A stretch of DNA of 34,434 bases, taken from NCBI GenBank assembly GCA_965644295.1, contig CBFFRP010000264.1, positions 1 through 34,434 of the forward strand. Direction: 5' to 3'. Both the position numbers and the translations under genes were made by a program. Each line of letters begins with the position of its first letter. Position 1 is the stretch's first letter. Below are positions 23,959 through 34,172 of the stretch, piece after piece. The notes under the pieces are model-generated. The model was given only the letters and a program-made list of their open reading frames with translations, was not told where the DNA came from and did not search any database. Origin of the DNA: Paraphysomonas bandaiensis (Eukaryota > Protista > Chrysophyceae).

Positions 23959-26900
23959 CTACACTACATGCGAAGAGTCGGTCACATGAATCCTACGGTT
24001 CCTTCCGCGAAAGAGATGCATCAAGCCGTTGAGAATAAAGTATCCAGCATCCAATCTACTTTTTAATTTCTTTACTAGTTCTCCCAGTTTCGTCGCAGTT
24101 TGTTCCAATAGAGGACCCTCATTTTGATTTAGTATTTCCTCTTGTGCAGTGCTGATGCAGGACTCTAATAGTTTCAAGACTTTACGGCGATCTCCATTTG
24201 ACACAACACATTTTATTGAAAATTCGAAGAAAGGAAACGTTGATTCGACTTTTTTCTGAGCGATGCAACGTTCTATGACAGCGCTGCTATGCAGTAGTCC
24301 TCTCTTCCGGTGGGCCTTGAGATTGCTCATGGAGCAGTGGTAGCAGAAACTGAAGTACCAAAATTATAATAATAGGCTAAGATAATAAAAATATATAACC
24401 TGAAGTCAAAACTGGGACAATCAGGAGCTAACATATCACTCAGGCAGTCAACAACTCGTGCGTGAATAGCGACTGCATCACTAAAGAGCGGTCAGGTTGA
24501 GAAAGCATGAATTGGTCATTAAGTTACCTTCTAGGGAGTAAATTGTAATACATTGATCGTATTAGATAGCTCGTGAAGCTGTAAAACTCATCGCACAAAG
24601 GATAAAGAGTTCCGTTGTCTTCAAATAGTTGCAAGGCATACTTTACCGAGCCATGCAAATCATTAGGCAGTATACGCTTCAATTGTGACACAGAAAAGTG
24701 TTCGCCAATTACACTAGCATATTTCAATATCGCTACGTGCGATTGCGTGAACTTTTCCACAGTAAGAGCCACCAGTGAATTCTGCTTAATTCTATAAAGC
24801 AGTTCGTTAATATCGCAACAGTCAGACATGTTGTAATAGGCAATTAATCTCCATAGAACCAAGGGGTTCCCGCGGCAAAAGTTAAAAACAGTATTCGCCG
24901 ATGAGGGTGGAATGTCTCCTGGAATTTCAGACGCAATGATTTTGCGCACAGTATCTAAAGACAATGGCTTTAAATTTAGATCAAGCCGGCGACATTCTCC
25001 TATTTCTCGACGAAATTCTGCATACTCAGTAATTCGCCTGTAAAAGCATCAGGTACTCACAACTGTTATGTGTTTCGCGATATACATTGCATACCTCGTG
25101 GGAGTAATACTGTCATCTTGAGCAAAGGCAGACCGGACTTTTGCCATACTGAGAATATTAGCAAGGTCTTGGTCTTCGCTGTCATCATAATTCAACGGAA
25201 TAGAGTGATCGTCGCCCGCAATACTTTTTACGCGAACAGTCAGCACTACTAAGCGAGGATGTCCAGAAATACATAAAGCACTGAGCACCTTCCATGACAC
25301 TGGACACATGAAGTGTATGTTATCAATACACAGCACTCGAAGATTATGACCAATTAGACGGCTGCACAAACGGCTAAGAATTTGAATATCACATGCCTCT
25401 ACATCGCTACACCAACTGGAAGCATCACCAGGTACTGTCCAGTCATCATTGATACCGAGAGCTTGTTTTACAGTTGGATATAACTTTGAAGCTATACACG
25501 CGAGAGAGAGATCTGGATAAGCTGAAATCAGCGTCTCCTTTAGAAAATCAGCTTGAGATTTAGGCGTCCACACTCCGTGCCAGGAGACAGCGGCATCTAT
25601 AAGCTTGCGTACAGCACCATATCTACCTTCATCGTGTACAGATAGCTCCACATACAATACTCCAGGATGATGCCTGTGTATTGCTGAATTGTTGTCTTGG
25701 GAATGCTTAGTGTACCTCCTAATAAAATAATGTATGGTCGCAGTTTTACCTACAAAGTATTCATAACATACAACTGCATACATAAGTGACGGTTCTCACC
25801 TTGTCCAGATACTCCTGATATAACTAACACAGTTGATGAGGGGCTAGATGTAGAACTACGTGCGTCATTAGATTGTGATATATATCTAGTTGAAGTGGTG
25901 GGAGACAACTGCTGAGTCTTTTGGCGCCCGGATGACGGAGGGGTAAAACAGCTGTCTTCCAAAACGTTGTAGAGAATGCGCTTTGTGTAACTTTCAATCA
26001 CAACCATTGAATCCCCACGAACGTCTTTGATAAACGCATCAGGCGGGGTGCTAGACGAGTAACAGTAATAAGGAATGTCGACAGCTACCCCTTTCATGCG
26101 TAGCGGTTCAGTAAGGACACATCGGCCAGACACACTCAACGGTAACCGCTCGTAAGTTGACGGGTCCATGAGTATTCTTTCATGGGATGCGACCATAAGG
26201 CGAGCTGAAAGGTTAACTGTGCTACCAATAGCCACGTAGTCTCTCCTATTGCTCGTACCTACAGTACCACAATATACACTACCAGTAGTTATACCAATGG
26301 ATACAGAATAGAGTAGATTAGAAGCCTCATTCTTCATCATAACCGCGCAACGAAGAGCTTTAGAACAATTCGCTGCGTGAGAAGCGGTAGGCACTCCCCA
26401 CAGCCCAATCAGCACGCAACCTTTATCGTCAATAAGAAATTGTCGTAGAAATCCCCCGCATTCGTCTAGACACCTCTGCATTGCCAAGAAGAAAGGTTGC
26501 ATATCCGACAAATCGAAGAAATCGATTGTCCTATAGTTGTTTAGTTTCAGAAAAAGAGTGGTAACGGTTCGAATTTCTGAGAGCTCCGAGAAAGTATTTG
26601 AAACGAGGGCTCTAGTGACAGGTAGCGGGACACATCTAAACATTATTTCCCTTATCCTTGGATTATTGGAATCCAAATCATCGTCGTACGAATCGGCGGC
26701 AGTGCTTGGAACAAAGCATTTTGAGGTCTAATCAACAGGTGGTTAGAAAGCATTATAAATAAGATTAAAAATGTACCCATGATCTTCCACGAATAACAAC
26801 GCTTTTCTTTTCTCCTGTGATAGTGAAATAAGTCGTATCAATTGTTCCATCCTTAACTGATAGAGGGGACCCAGAAACACTTGACTCCACTGCAGTGAAT

Positions 26901-27583
26901 ACAGCTCGAGTGACTACTACTTCATGTGCACTGGCCAAGTCCAAGCATTTGCCGACTTCGTCGATACAATGTCCATTCAGTAGATAGGTAAAGCGACCAT
27001 TATGGCCCCCCAACATTGCAAAGCACATTCGCCCATAAGTAATTCCAACGTGCGTGCTTATCCCGTCAATCTGACTCTGCGCAATGCTCAGGCCACACTT
27101 GATGGCTTTTAATATACATGAAGACATGCCATTCTCAGTTTCCGTTTTAAATACACAGAGTAGAGAATCACCAGCAAATTCCATCACTAAAGAAATGACA
27201 CTTCAAATACTTGTACACACTGCAATAGACAATAACATACCGTCTCCTCCGTATTCGTAAACTAGATTCACAAACAGAGCTAGTGACTTGTTAGTGAATA
27301 TCCTGAGCTTATCAATCCCCTTCGGACCCTTCGCACAGAGCTGGTTCGATAATTTAGTGAATCCTGATATGTCAGCGAGGAAGCAGCACCCATCAAAGTA
27401 TAACGATGATCCTACACGAGGAATCTTTTGCATATGTCTGGGGAAGAAACATGACCACCGTGAGTATAATTCATTACACTGTAGAAAATGCTCTCGATCA
27501 TTCTGCCCCTCAAACGAACCCTCTGACGGGACAAGAGACATGTCCTGACGCGGTATGTCTGTGACAGAGGCAGAAGTTTCCAT
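23959..27583 (-). CDS. Soluble adenylyl cyclase (ADCY10/sGC)-like protein: two class III nucleotide cyclase domains, a STAND AAA NTPase and a winged-helix region; multi-exon, 5' end uncertain
   Basis: C1: FLADISGFTKLS, YGGD|VMEFAGDSL, THVGITYG. C2: GGFLRQFLIDDKGCVLI, SIGITTGSVYCGTVG, RRDYVAIGSTVNLSARLM. Walker A GVSGQG|KT is split by an intron; Walker B LCIDNIHFM; CRGNPL; ILKYASVIGEHF; YSFTSYLIRSMYYNLLP. Confidence 0.88.
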
Positions 27584-28534
27584 CGCTGTAATAAGGAAAC
27601 TACTACCGTGCAATGGAATGGTCAGAGATGATGTGTAATGACCATTACACTGAATGGATTCAGACTAATAACTTAATGTATGAAACATTCCGCATGTGTA
27701 AAGAAGTTGGGTAGGAAGTTGGGTAAATGAAGATAGTTATCAACCAATAGTTTTACAACATATAGAGTGTAGCGTTGTGGAGAATACGCCCTTTGATGCT
27801 GAAGTATTGCTTGATTTGTTTTTTCGTATGAAGTTTCATGTACAGATACTGCTATAATGATGATGTATGTGAGTTGAATACATACGTACGAGAGTAATAC
27901 GAAACTACCATATACGGAATAACACTTCATACGAAATGCGTGCTGGTGTGCTCGGTAGATCCGCATAATACCGACCGTATATCGGTATATGGAACTATCT
28001 ATCATATTCCTGTATACACATATACATCTAGAAAGTCCTGCAATGCCTTCGTCAGTGTGCTGTATGGAAGATTTAGGATGGTGTACTGAGTACAGCTGTG
28101 TGTGTATGAGAAAGTATCAAATATCTAGACGAATAATATCATATGAAACATAACACACGCCTCTTCATTACTTGTGTCTCCAATGGAACATATTTCTGTG
28201 CTCATCACAGTTAATAGAAGCATTGAATAGGAACACCGAGTCAGCATGTCTATAAATGTCTATTACAAAAGTTCAAATCTATCATAACTAGACAAAGCTC
28301 ATGATACATTTTCTGAGCACAGCCGTTTACCATTCATAAAAGTAATGACAATCTCAGTACTTCTTTTAGCTAATTATCACTCTGCATCCTTGATCTTGAT
28401 ACAGAGTGAACTCATTGCAGGCTCCCGTTGTGAAGTCGATGGTTGTTTATCACACAAATGAGAAAACTAATAATTCGTGTCAGCACAAGTGGGGGATGTA
28501 ATTCCATGGGAGTTGTGTAACTTGTAAATCCAAG

Positions 28535-29324
28535 CAGGAATAGGTAGCAATATATTGTAAAATATATTGATTGGTGCACTGGCCATCAATAATGTTTCTG
28601 TTAAAATAGCTTACAATATATTGCAATTTATTCCAATCAATAATATGAAAGTCATATACAGAAATTTTCTTAACTGCAGGGTGCAAAATGTAAGTTAATG
28701 TATGTAAATATCCGGAAAATAAGAAAGATCTGGTAAAGATGCTGTTAGACCATATCTCCGTTCAGACAGTGATTATTGCAACAATACAAAGGATGATGAA
28801 GCTGAAGTTGGCTATGCGGAAAAAATTCTTCAATCAGTTCAAAATTAAGAAACGGAAAGTTGAAATATCTAAGTACAGGTGCACGAGTCATGTAGAATGC
28901 ACTACCAATACATGTGAACGCCTGTTCAGCGCAGCAAAACTGATTATATCAGTGTTGCGCAAACTACACTTAATATGCTGTTGCTTCTGAAACAGTTGTG
29001 GCTGGATGCAAGCATATTTCAATTAATCTTTGATGGATATGGTGAGGTTGACGTCAACGATCATGATGGCACAGAGGATGAGTATAAGGAAACTTTTAAT
29101 TAGTTAAATAGTAGTGGGTTTGATTATCAAGTGGCTTTAGACCTTATAATGACAAGTACTAATAATAGAATCTACGGATGTGTTTACTTACTGATTAAAG
29201 ATACTAAGAAGTGCAATATTGCAATAGTATTGTTGAGCCGGTTTAAAAAACTTTATGAATACTATTGATGGAACGCTATCTAACAACTAACAATAGTATT
29301 GCAATATATTTTTCCCTTTACCTG
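28535..29324 (+). mobile_element. Non-autonomous hAT transposon copy 2 (both termini present)
   Basis: Reverse complement of 14945-15654. TIRs CAGGAATAGGTAGCAATATATTG and GCAATATATTTTTCCCTTTACCTG; 8-bp TSD AATCCAAG (28527-28534) / AACCCAAG (29325-29332). ORF 28739-28990 has TTNTCERLFSAAKLI followed by a frameshifting deletion. Confidence 0.88.
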
Positions 29325-29805
29325 AACCCAAGTACTTCACACATGCTCTCGTATTATAGTCCCAATGTCAAATATTTCTCACCGTTTACGTTGAAGGTAT
29401 CTAAGTCTGTAGTCCGTAGGTAAGGAAATAGACCTAGAAGTGTTTGGTCAAAGGCGCACTGCAGAATATTGATATATGATGAGATTGAACTCAGTGTTAT
29501 GTATTTTCGCAAATAGTGATATCCGGATCATTTTCGTTTGCAGGCAACACTAGAAAAAAATACTAGAAAAACATAACTTTAATTAGAAAATTGTAGTTAA
29601 CGTTCATAGATAAACGTATGTATTAAGAAAAAGAAAAGAAAATCTTGACTCATAAAAAATTCATACACATGCTACCAATTGTTTGCGATTATCCTACAAG
29701 CATCCCTGACTACGTTTAGAATGATGTCACCGCATTGCGACTACACAGTGTTTAAAATACATAACTCAATAAGTGTACTTCATCTCGTAGTAATCAGTGT
29801 AGATT

Positions 29806-30410
29806 CTACTTAACATGGCTGCTTTCTACCGGAGTAAGGAGCAGAACTGCCGTCGGAATTATAGGCTTCCCACAAGAGTCCGTCACTGTACAGCAACCCA
29901 TTGCCTCATAGGCAAAAAAACCAACAAAGTCCGTCAACGTTACCTCAAAGGGATACATTGAGACAGAAAATGTCGTTGAACATCCTGAAGGTAACACATT
30001 GACCGATTTGGCTGGCGTATTTTGTTCGGATTGCAGACATTCAGAAATAGTGGCTGCACCGTCAGAAACTAAAGAAGAGAGAAGAACGCCAGGTTTATAC
30101 ATGCCACAGAATATGTCTTCAACAACACAAGATAAAACATTTACGTGGAGTACGTAGAGATGCGTATCTACACCATTCTTGCCGACTACCATTGCTACAG
30201 CAGCATCGGTAACTCGGTCTTGGAATTTAAAATTGCCCAGTCGGTCGCGTTTAAGAGAGTAGGAGGCGGTATTTCTCTCTCCAGAAGGTAAACTTGAGAC
30301 TGATGATCGGAAGAGATGATGACTGCGTAGTCTCCTGCACGGCTGTCGCGCTGGAAGATCCTCAGTTGTCCGGAAAGGGAACTCGACACACGGTGACAGT
30401 ACATCCAGTC
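29806..30410 (-). CDS. Hypothetical protein (open frame of about 200 codons; 5' end abuts repeat C)
   Basis: The frame of ORF 29806-30192 stays open upstream to beyond 30410 (RLDVLSPCVEFPFRTTEDLPARQPCRRLRSHHLF...). Coding-like composition, no recognised motif. Confidence 0.4.
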
Positions 30411-30590
30411 GTGAGCGCTCCTTAGTGCCCCATTCTGAGCTCGTACTTAGGTAGAGCCGGGTAGGGGTCGGGTGGGTACCTAACTAATACTTGATTTAAG
30501 TCCCATACGTTATTTGCTAGCTACCTACTGAACCAACTAGCTACATCATTATCACATGGTATTCAGCGCTGAATATGTAGTGAGACCCCG
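30411..30590 (-). repeat. Dispersed repeat family C copy
   Basis: Reverse-complement match to 5213-5368. Confidence 0.8.
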
Positions 30591-30799
30591 GGTGGGGTAG
30601 TGCTGAACTAAGCAATGTGTACATAGGTAGAGGGGAGCAATCGCAGCAGCACTCAGCCGCACCCACTAGGGGGCCGCACGCAGTGATTAGTTACGCTGTC
30701 AATATGGGGCAGAGGTATCGTTTGCCAGCTTTCTAGTTTGTAGCGCAGTTGTCCCCAAGATAAAACTCAACAATGCCGCAAACATTATCAGCGTTAATC

Positions 30800-31148
30800 T
30801 AATTTTTCCGGATATTTATATATTTGGCACCCACAGTTAGGAAAGCTTTCTGTACGTGACTATCACAGGGCCTGGTAACCATTAATGGTAGTGGCATTAA
30901 TGGCCATTATAATTGCCGGGACATTTTTCGTTAATGCCATTATAATTGCCGGGAACTGGACTACCATTAATGGGCCATTAATGGTTACCAGGCCATGGAC
31001 TATCATAATATATATTGATTGCAACAATATATTACAATATATTATATATTGTAAACTACTTTAACAGGAACAATATTGATGGATATATATTGCACCAATC
31101 AATATACTGTACAATGTATTGCAATTCAATATATAGTTTCCTAGCCCG
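30800..31148 (-). mobile_element. Terminal fragment of the hAT family (copy 3), interrupted by a MITE
   Basis: Aligns with about 15505-15654 (ACAGTTA.GAAGCTTTCT...GACTATCATAAT...AACAATATTGATGGA...ACCAATCAATATA...) and ends in a degenerate TIR, CAATATATAGTTTCCTAGCCCG. Confidence 0.75.
30866..30997. mobile_element. 132-bp hAT-type MITE with 23-bp TIRs and a perfect 8-bp TSD
   Basis: TIRs CAGGGCCTGGTAACCATTAATGG and CCATTAATGGTTACCAGGCCATG (1 mismatch); TSD GACTATCA at 30858-30865 and 30998-31005; a single GACTATCA at the homologous site 15537-15544. Confidence 0.93.
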
Positions 31149-31259
31149 TCATAAAGCATGCTGAATAGTTTAACGATTATTTTCACAAGTCACAACATTT
31201 CTTTTTCATTTTTTGAGAATGTTGTTTCGTATCACTATCCCACTAAGCACTCAAATCCT

Positions 31260-31269
31260 CATACATACA

Positions 31270-31299
<30 letters not shown>
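31260..31299. repeat. (CATA)n microsatellite
   Basis: About 10 units visible. Confidence 0.9.
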
Positions 31300-31301
<2 letters not shown>

Positions 31302-31449
31302 ATTGAAAATCTGATTATTAAGAAGCGCAAGCTTGTGCGTTGCCGCGACCAACCTAACAACTCGCGCGACACTATGCATAACATGACTCTCATCTAGTTA
31401 CTATTGCATGCACCGACAAGTGCTCAACTATACAACACGATTTAGTTAG

Positions 31450-31960
31450 CTACATGGGCATACGACGAGTTGCGTGTTTAAGCCGGATCATACGCTCCTG
31501 TGCCCAATCTACTTGTCCTAACACAAACAACTTGCGGTCGGTGTCTTCGGCATATGTCTCCTGTATATGCGGCAGATCTTTAGGGCTCTCTTCAAGGTGG
31601 TGTTCACAGCAGCAGGTAGTCTGGAAGGGAGAATAAAGTAGCTCTATAGCGCCGGGTCCTCCCACGGCCACGAAGCGGTCTCACTGGTGCAATTTTGCAC
31701 ACTGACGCATGAAACAGACATCTACCAAAATCTGTTACAAATTCAAGCTGACTCCAATGTCTTCCCTCCATTGTGTGCACTCGTCCAGCACATGCATCCA
31801 CCTTGCACTCTTCTCCCGAGTGACTTACACTAGTAGGAAACCGTGCACCTTCCCCGCTCGGATGAAAACCTACTAAGCAAGAATAACATAAAAGCACCAC
31901 AAATGTACCTGACACTGCTTGGAGAACAGTGCCAGAGCCTTGATATAATCTCAATGACCT
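31450..31960 (-). pseudogene. Possible degraded coding sequence of unknown type
   Basis: Higher-GC stretch with overlapping short ORFs in different frames (31450-31671, 31604-31954) and GT/AG-like sites; no consistent model found. Confidence 0.25.
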
Positions 31961-32121
31961 GGGTCAGGAGAAACCAAGACTAGGCAGTAGACATGTGAGA
32001 AGACATGACAGGTCTAATCACATCATTGTCATTGCCATGCATCCATGAGGAAAGTTTGACGCATTGCCTCGGTCATTGGCCACACATATACCGAATAATG
32101 TGAACTCATACTCAGCATCAA

Positions 32122-32487
32122 TCACTCAAAGCAAACGCAGGGAGCAAGCAGAATGTTGATATACCTGACATCTGCTGACTTCAGGTGTTTTGAGTTCTTA
32201 AGGTGAACATCCCGGATGCTTAACTTCAGCAGGCAGCCCAATACCCCGGTTACCCTTCTGGTGGGCCCTGTCCCGGATGCCTGTTTATTCGTCAGGGCCC
32301 AAAGACGTCTACACAAGTGACACTTATTGGCGTCCCTTGTACCACACAAGCATTTAGCTATGAGAGTGGGCAGAACAATATATCTGCTGACTATATAATG
32401 CGGCCCACGTTAGTTTCCCGGAGAAATATCTCCGGTACTTATCCCCCAGAACACCACGATAAGGTGCGAGTCCGACTTTGTTGAGGG
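32122..32487 (+). mobile_element. Repeat family A copy (full length; best preserved)
   Basis: TCACTCAAAGCAAA...TTTGTTGAGGG with several internal hairpins; homologous to three other copies in the window. Confidence 0.85.
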
Positions 32488-32575
32488 ACAGAGCATCGAA
32501 CACGCGTCATGAGTGTGTGGTGAGGACGCGGTGTGCATCCCACTACACCCCAACCACACTGCACAAGCAGTGCAC

Positions 32576-32652
32576 CATACATACATACATACATACATAC
32601 ATACATACATACATACATACATACATACATACATACATACATACATACATAC
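32576..32652. repeat. (CATA)n microsatellite, about 19 units
   Basis: Perfect tetranucleotide run. Confidence 0.95.
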
Positions 32653-33126
32653 TCTTATTATATTACTATATACACACGCTCTTACTGTTGTCATAATTCT
32701 GTTCGCTAATCAGTCTACAATGATGCTCATTTCAATTCTTTCAACTACTACTATAAACTACTGAGACTTCCATACACTGTTAGGTAAACATGCATTCTAT
32801 AGTGGATAATGCCAACATAAAGGCTTCATTAACGAGAGCAAGAGATGCATGCATCTCTATATCTAAGGGTTCATATGCTCATATAAGCTTCATTCTCTAT
32901 GAACCAAGCCCCCAATCATCAAGGCTAGGCCTGTCTTTCCAAGACTAGGCCGGAGAGATTTTTCATCAGGCCCCCAGAATTGATGGCCTAGCACTGTATT
33001 TTTGAGGCTAAGCCCGAGGGAAGGCCTACTAGGATGTCTGAAATCACGTTTGGTACTTGCTATCTGGTCCGTATGTCTATATATATACCACAGATATATA
33101 TATATATAGCACTGCATATCTATACT

Positions 33127-33393
33127 ATGCCTCCCAAGAAGAAGCAGACGACGCCAAGTAGTACAAGCCTGCTGGACTCCGCCCAGGCTATGAGAGAGGA
33201 GGAGGCCATTAATCTCCAACGAGATAAAGTCATGGCAAACAGAACTGAGTGTAACATGCTCAAGTATGTCACGAAATCATTACAAAATGTCTGTACTATT
33301 GGTGTATCACTACAGGCTTGCTTACTGCTTACGTGTGCATTATCCCAACACAAATTCCACTATCGCCCAAGTATTGATGGGTTACAAAGGTGA
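33127..33393 (+). CDS. Possible first exon(s) of a hypothetical protein starting MPPKKKQTTP
   Basis: ATG at 33127; NLS-like basic N-terminus; donor-like AAGTATGT near 33263; downstream model unresolved. Confidence 0.3.
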   Translation: MPPKKKQTTPSSTSLLDSAQAMREEEAINLQRDKVMANRTECNMLKYVTKSLQNVCTIGVSLQACLLLTCALSQHKFHYRPSIDGLQR

Positions 33394-33836
33394 CAACGAT
33401 GTTGAGACGGATAGAGATCCTTAAAGGTAGGAGATGTATATGACTATCTACATAAACATTAGTGTATCCTACCCTACATAAGTCTCATTAATGTGACTGC
33501 TGCCGATACTCCCACGATCCCACCATTGTGTTTGATCACTATAAGGACGACCATTGATGAGACTACACTATGACTAAGGCATATGTATGTATACAAACAT
33601 GATTTACATCAACATAGACGTGGATAAGTCACATCATTTGTGTTGTTTGAATGAGGGTGTCGGGTCACTATATACTGCCACTTAAGGTGTTTGTAGATAT
33701 ATACAGTCATCCATTCAGATTTTAAACCGCATTCGCCTAATAATTAGTTACGCTGTCAATATGGGGCAATGCTAATGTTTCTGCCCAGTTATATTTTGAT
33801 CTTAATTCTTAGCAAAGAGTATACATATACTTACTC

Positions 33837-34172
33837 CTAAAGAAGGCCATGCTCCACTAATGCATCTTCCCACAGAAGATGTCGGTTTGCACGTATGTAT
33901 CTTTCGATGATGGCTGACGCCTCCGCAATATCTTCTTCAGGAATTGCTCTCTTCAGGGCATCTGCATCGGCCTTGGGCATCGGGTTTCCCTTGGCTGTAC
34001 AGCACCCATACCCGTCAAAGGACATACGAACCATACTTAGCGTCTTTCCTTCATATGATTCTGTTTCGTCAAAGTCTATGTATACCGCTCCCCGCTGCAG
34101 ACAGAGCTGTAAGAAGCAATCCCTAAACACTTCTATAAAGGCCACGTCAATTTCAATCTTGTCGTCTGGCAT
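33837..34172 (-). CDS. Intronless 111-aa hypothetical protein with RMSFDGYGCC and LWEDALVEHGLL motifs
   Basis: Clean ATG-to-TAG ORF, more GC-rich than its flanks, with a globular-protein-like sequence. Confidence 0.75.
   Translation of the reverse strand: MPDDKIEIDVAFIEVFRDCFLQLCLQRGAVYIDFDETESYEGKTLSMVRMSFDGYGCCTAKGNPMPKADADALKRAIPEEDIAEASAIIERYIRANRHLLWEDALVEHGLL

Noticed and set aside
30193-30197. Stop-codon readthrough joining ORFs 30195-30404 and 29806-30192
   Set aside because: The two ORFs are in different frames, and the downstream frame is itself open upstream, so no recoding is needed.
32205-32300. Regularly spaced CCCGGATGC motifs as a CRISPR-like array
   Set aside because: The repeats are only about 9 bp, the spacers resemble each other and recur in dispersed copies, there are no cas genes and the context is eukaryotic.
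32385-32487. Family A 3' end as a tRNA, group I intron or hammerhead ribozyme (GACTA...AAGGTGCGAGTCCGAC)
   Set aside because: No cloverleaf, convincing P/Q elements or CUGANGA/GAAA core could be assembled by eye; an Infernal search is needed.
32410-32764. ORFs with YVCM/HTYI repeats (also 31158-31397)
   Set aside because: Translations of (CATA)n microsatellites.
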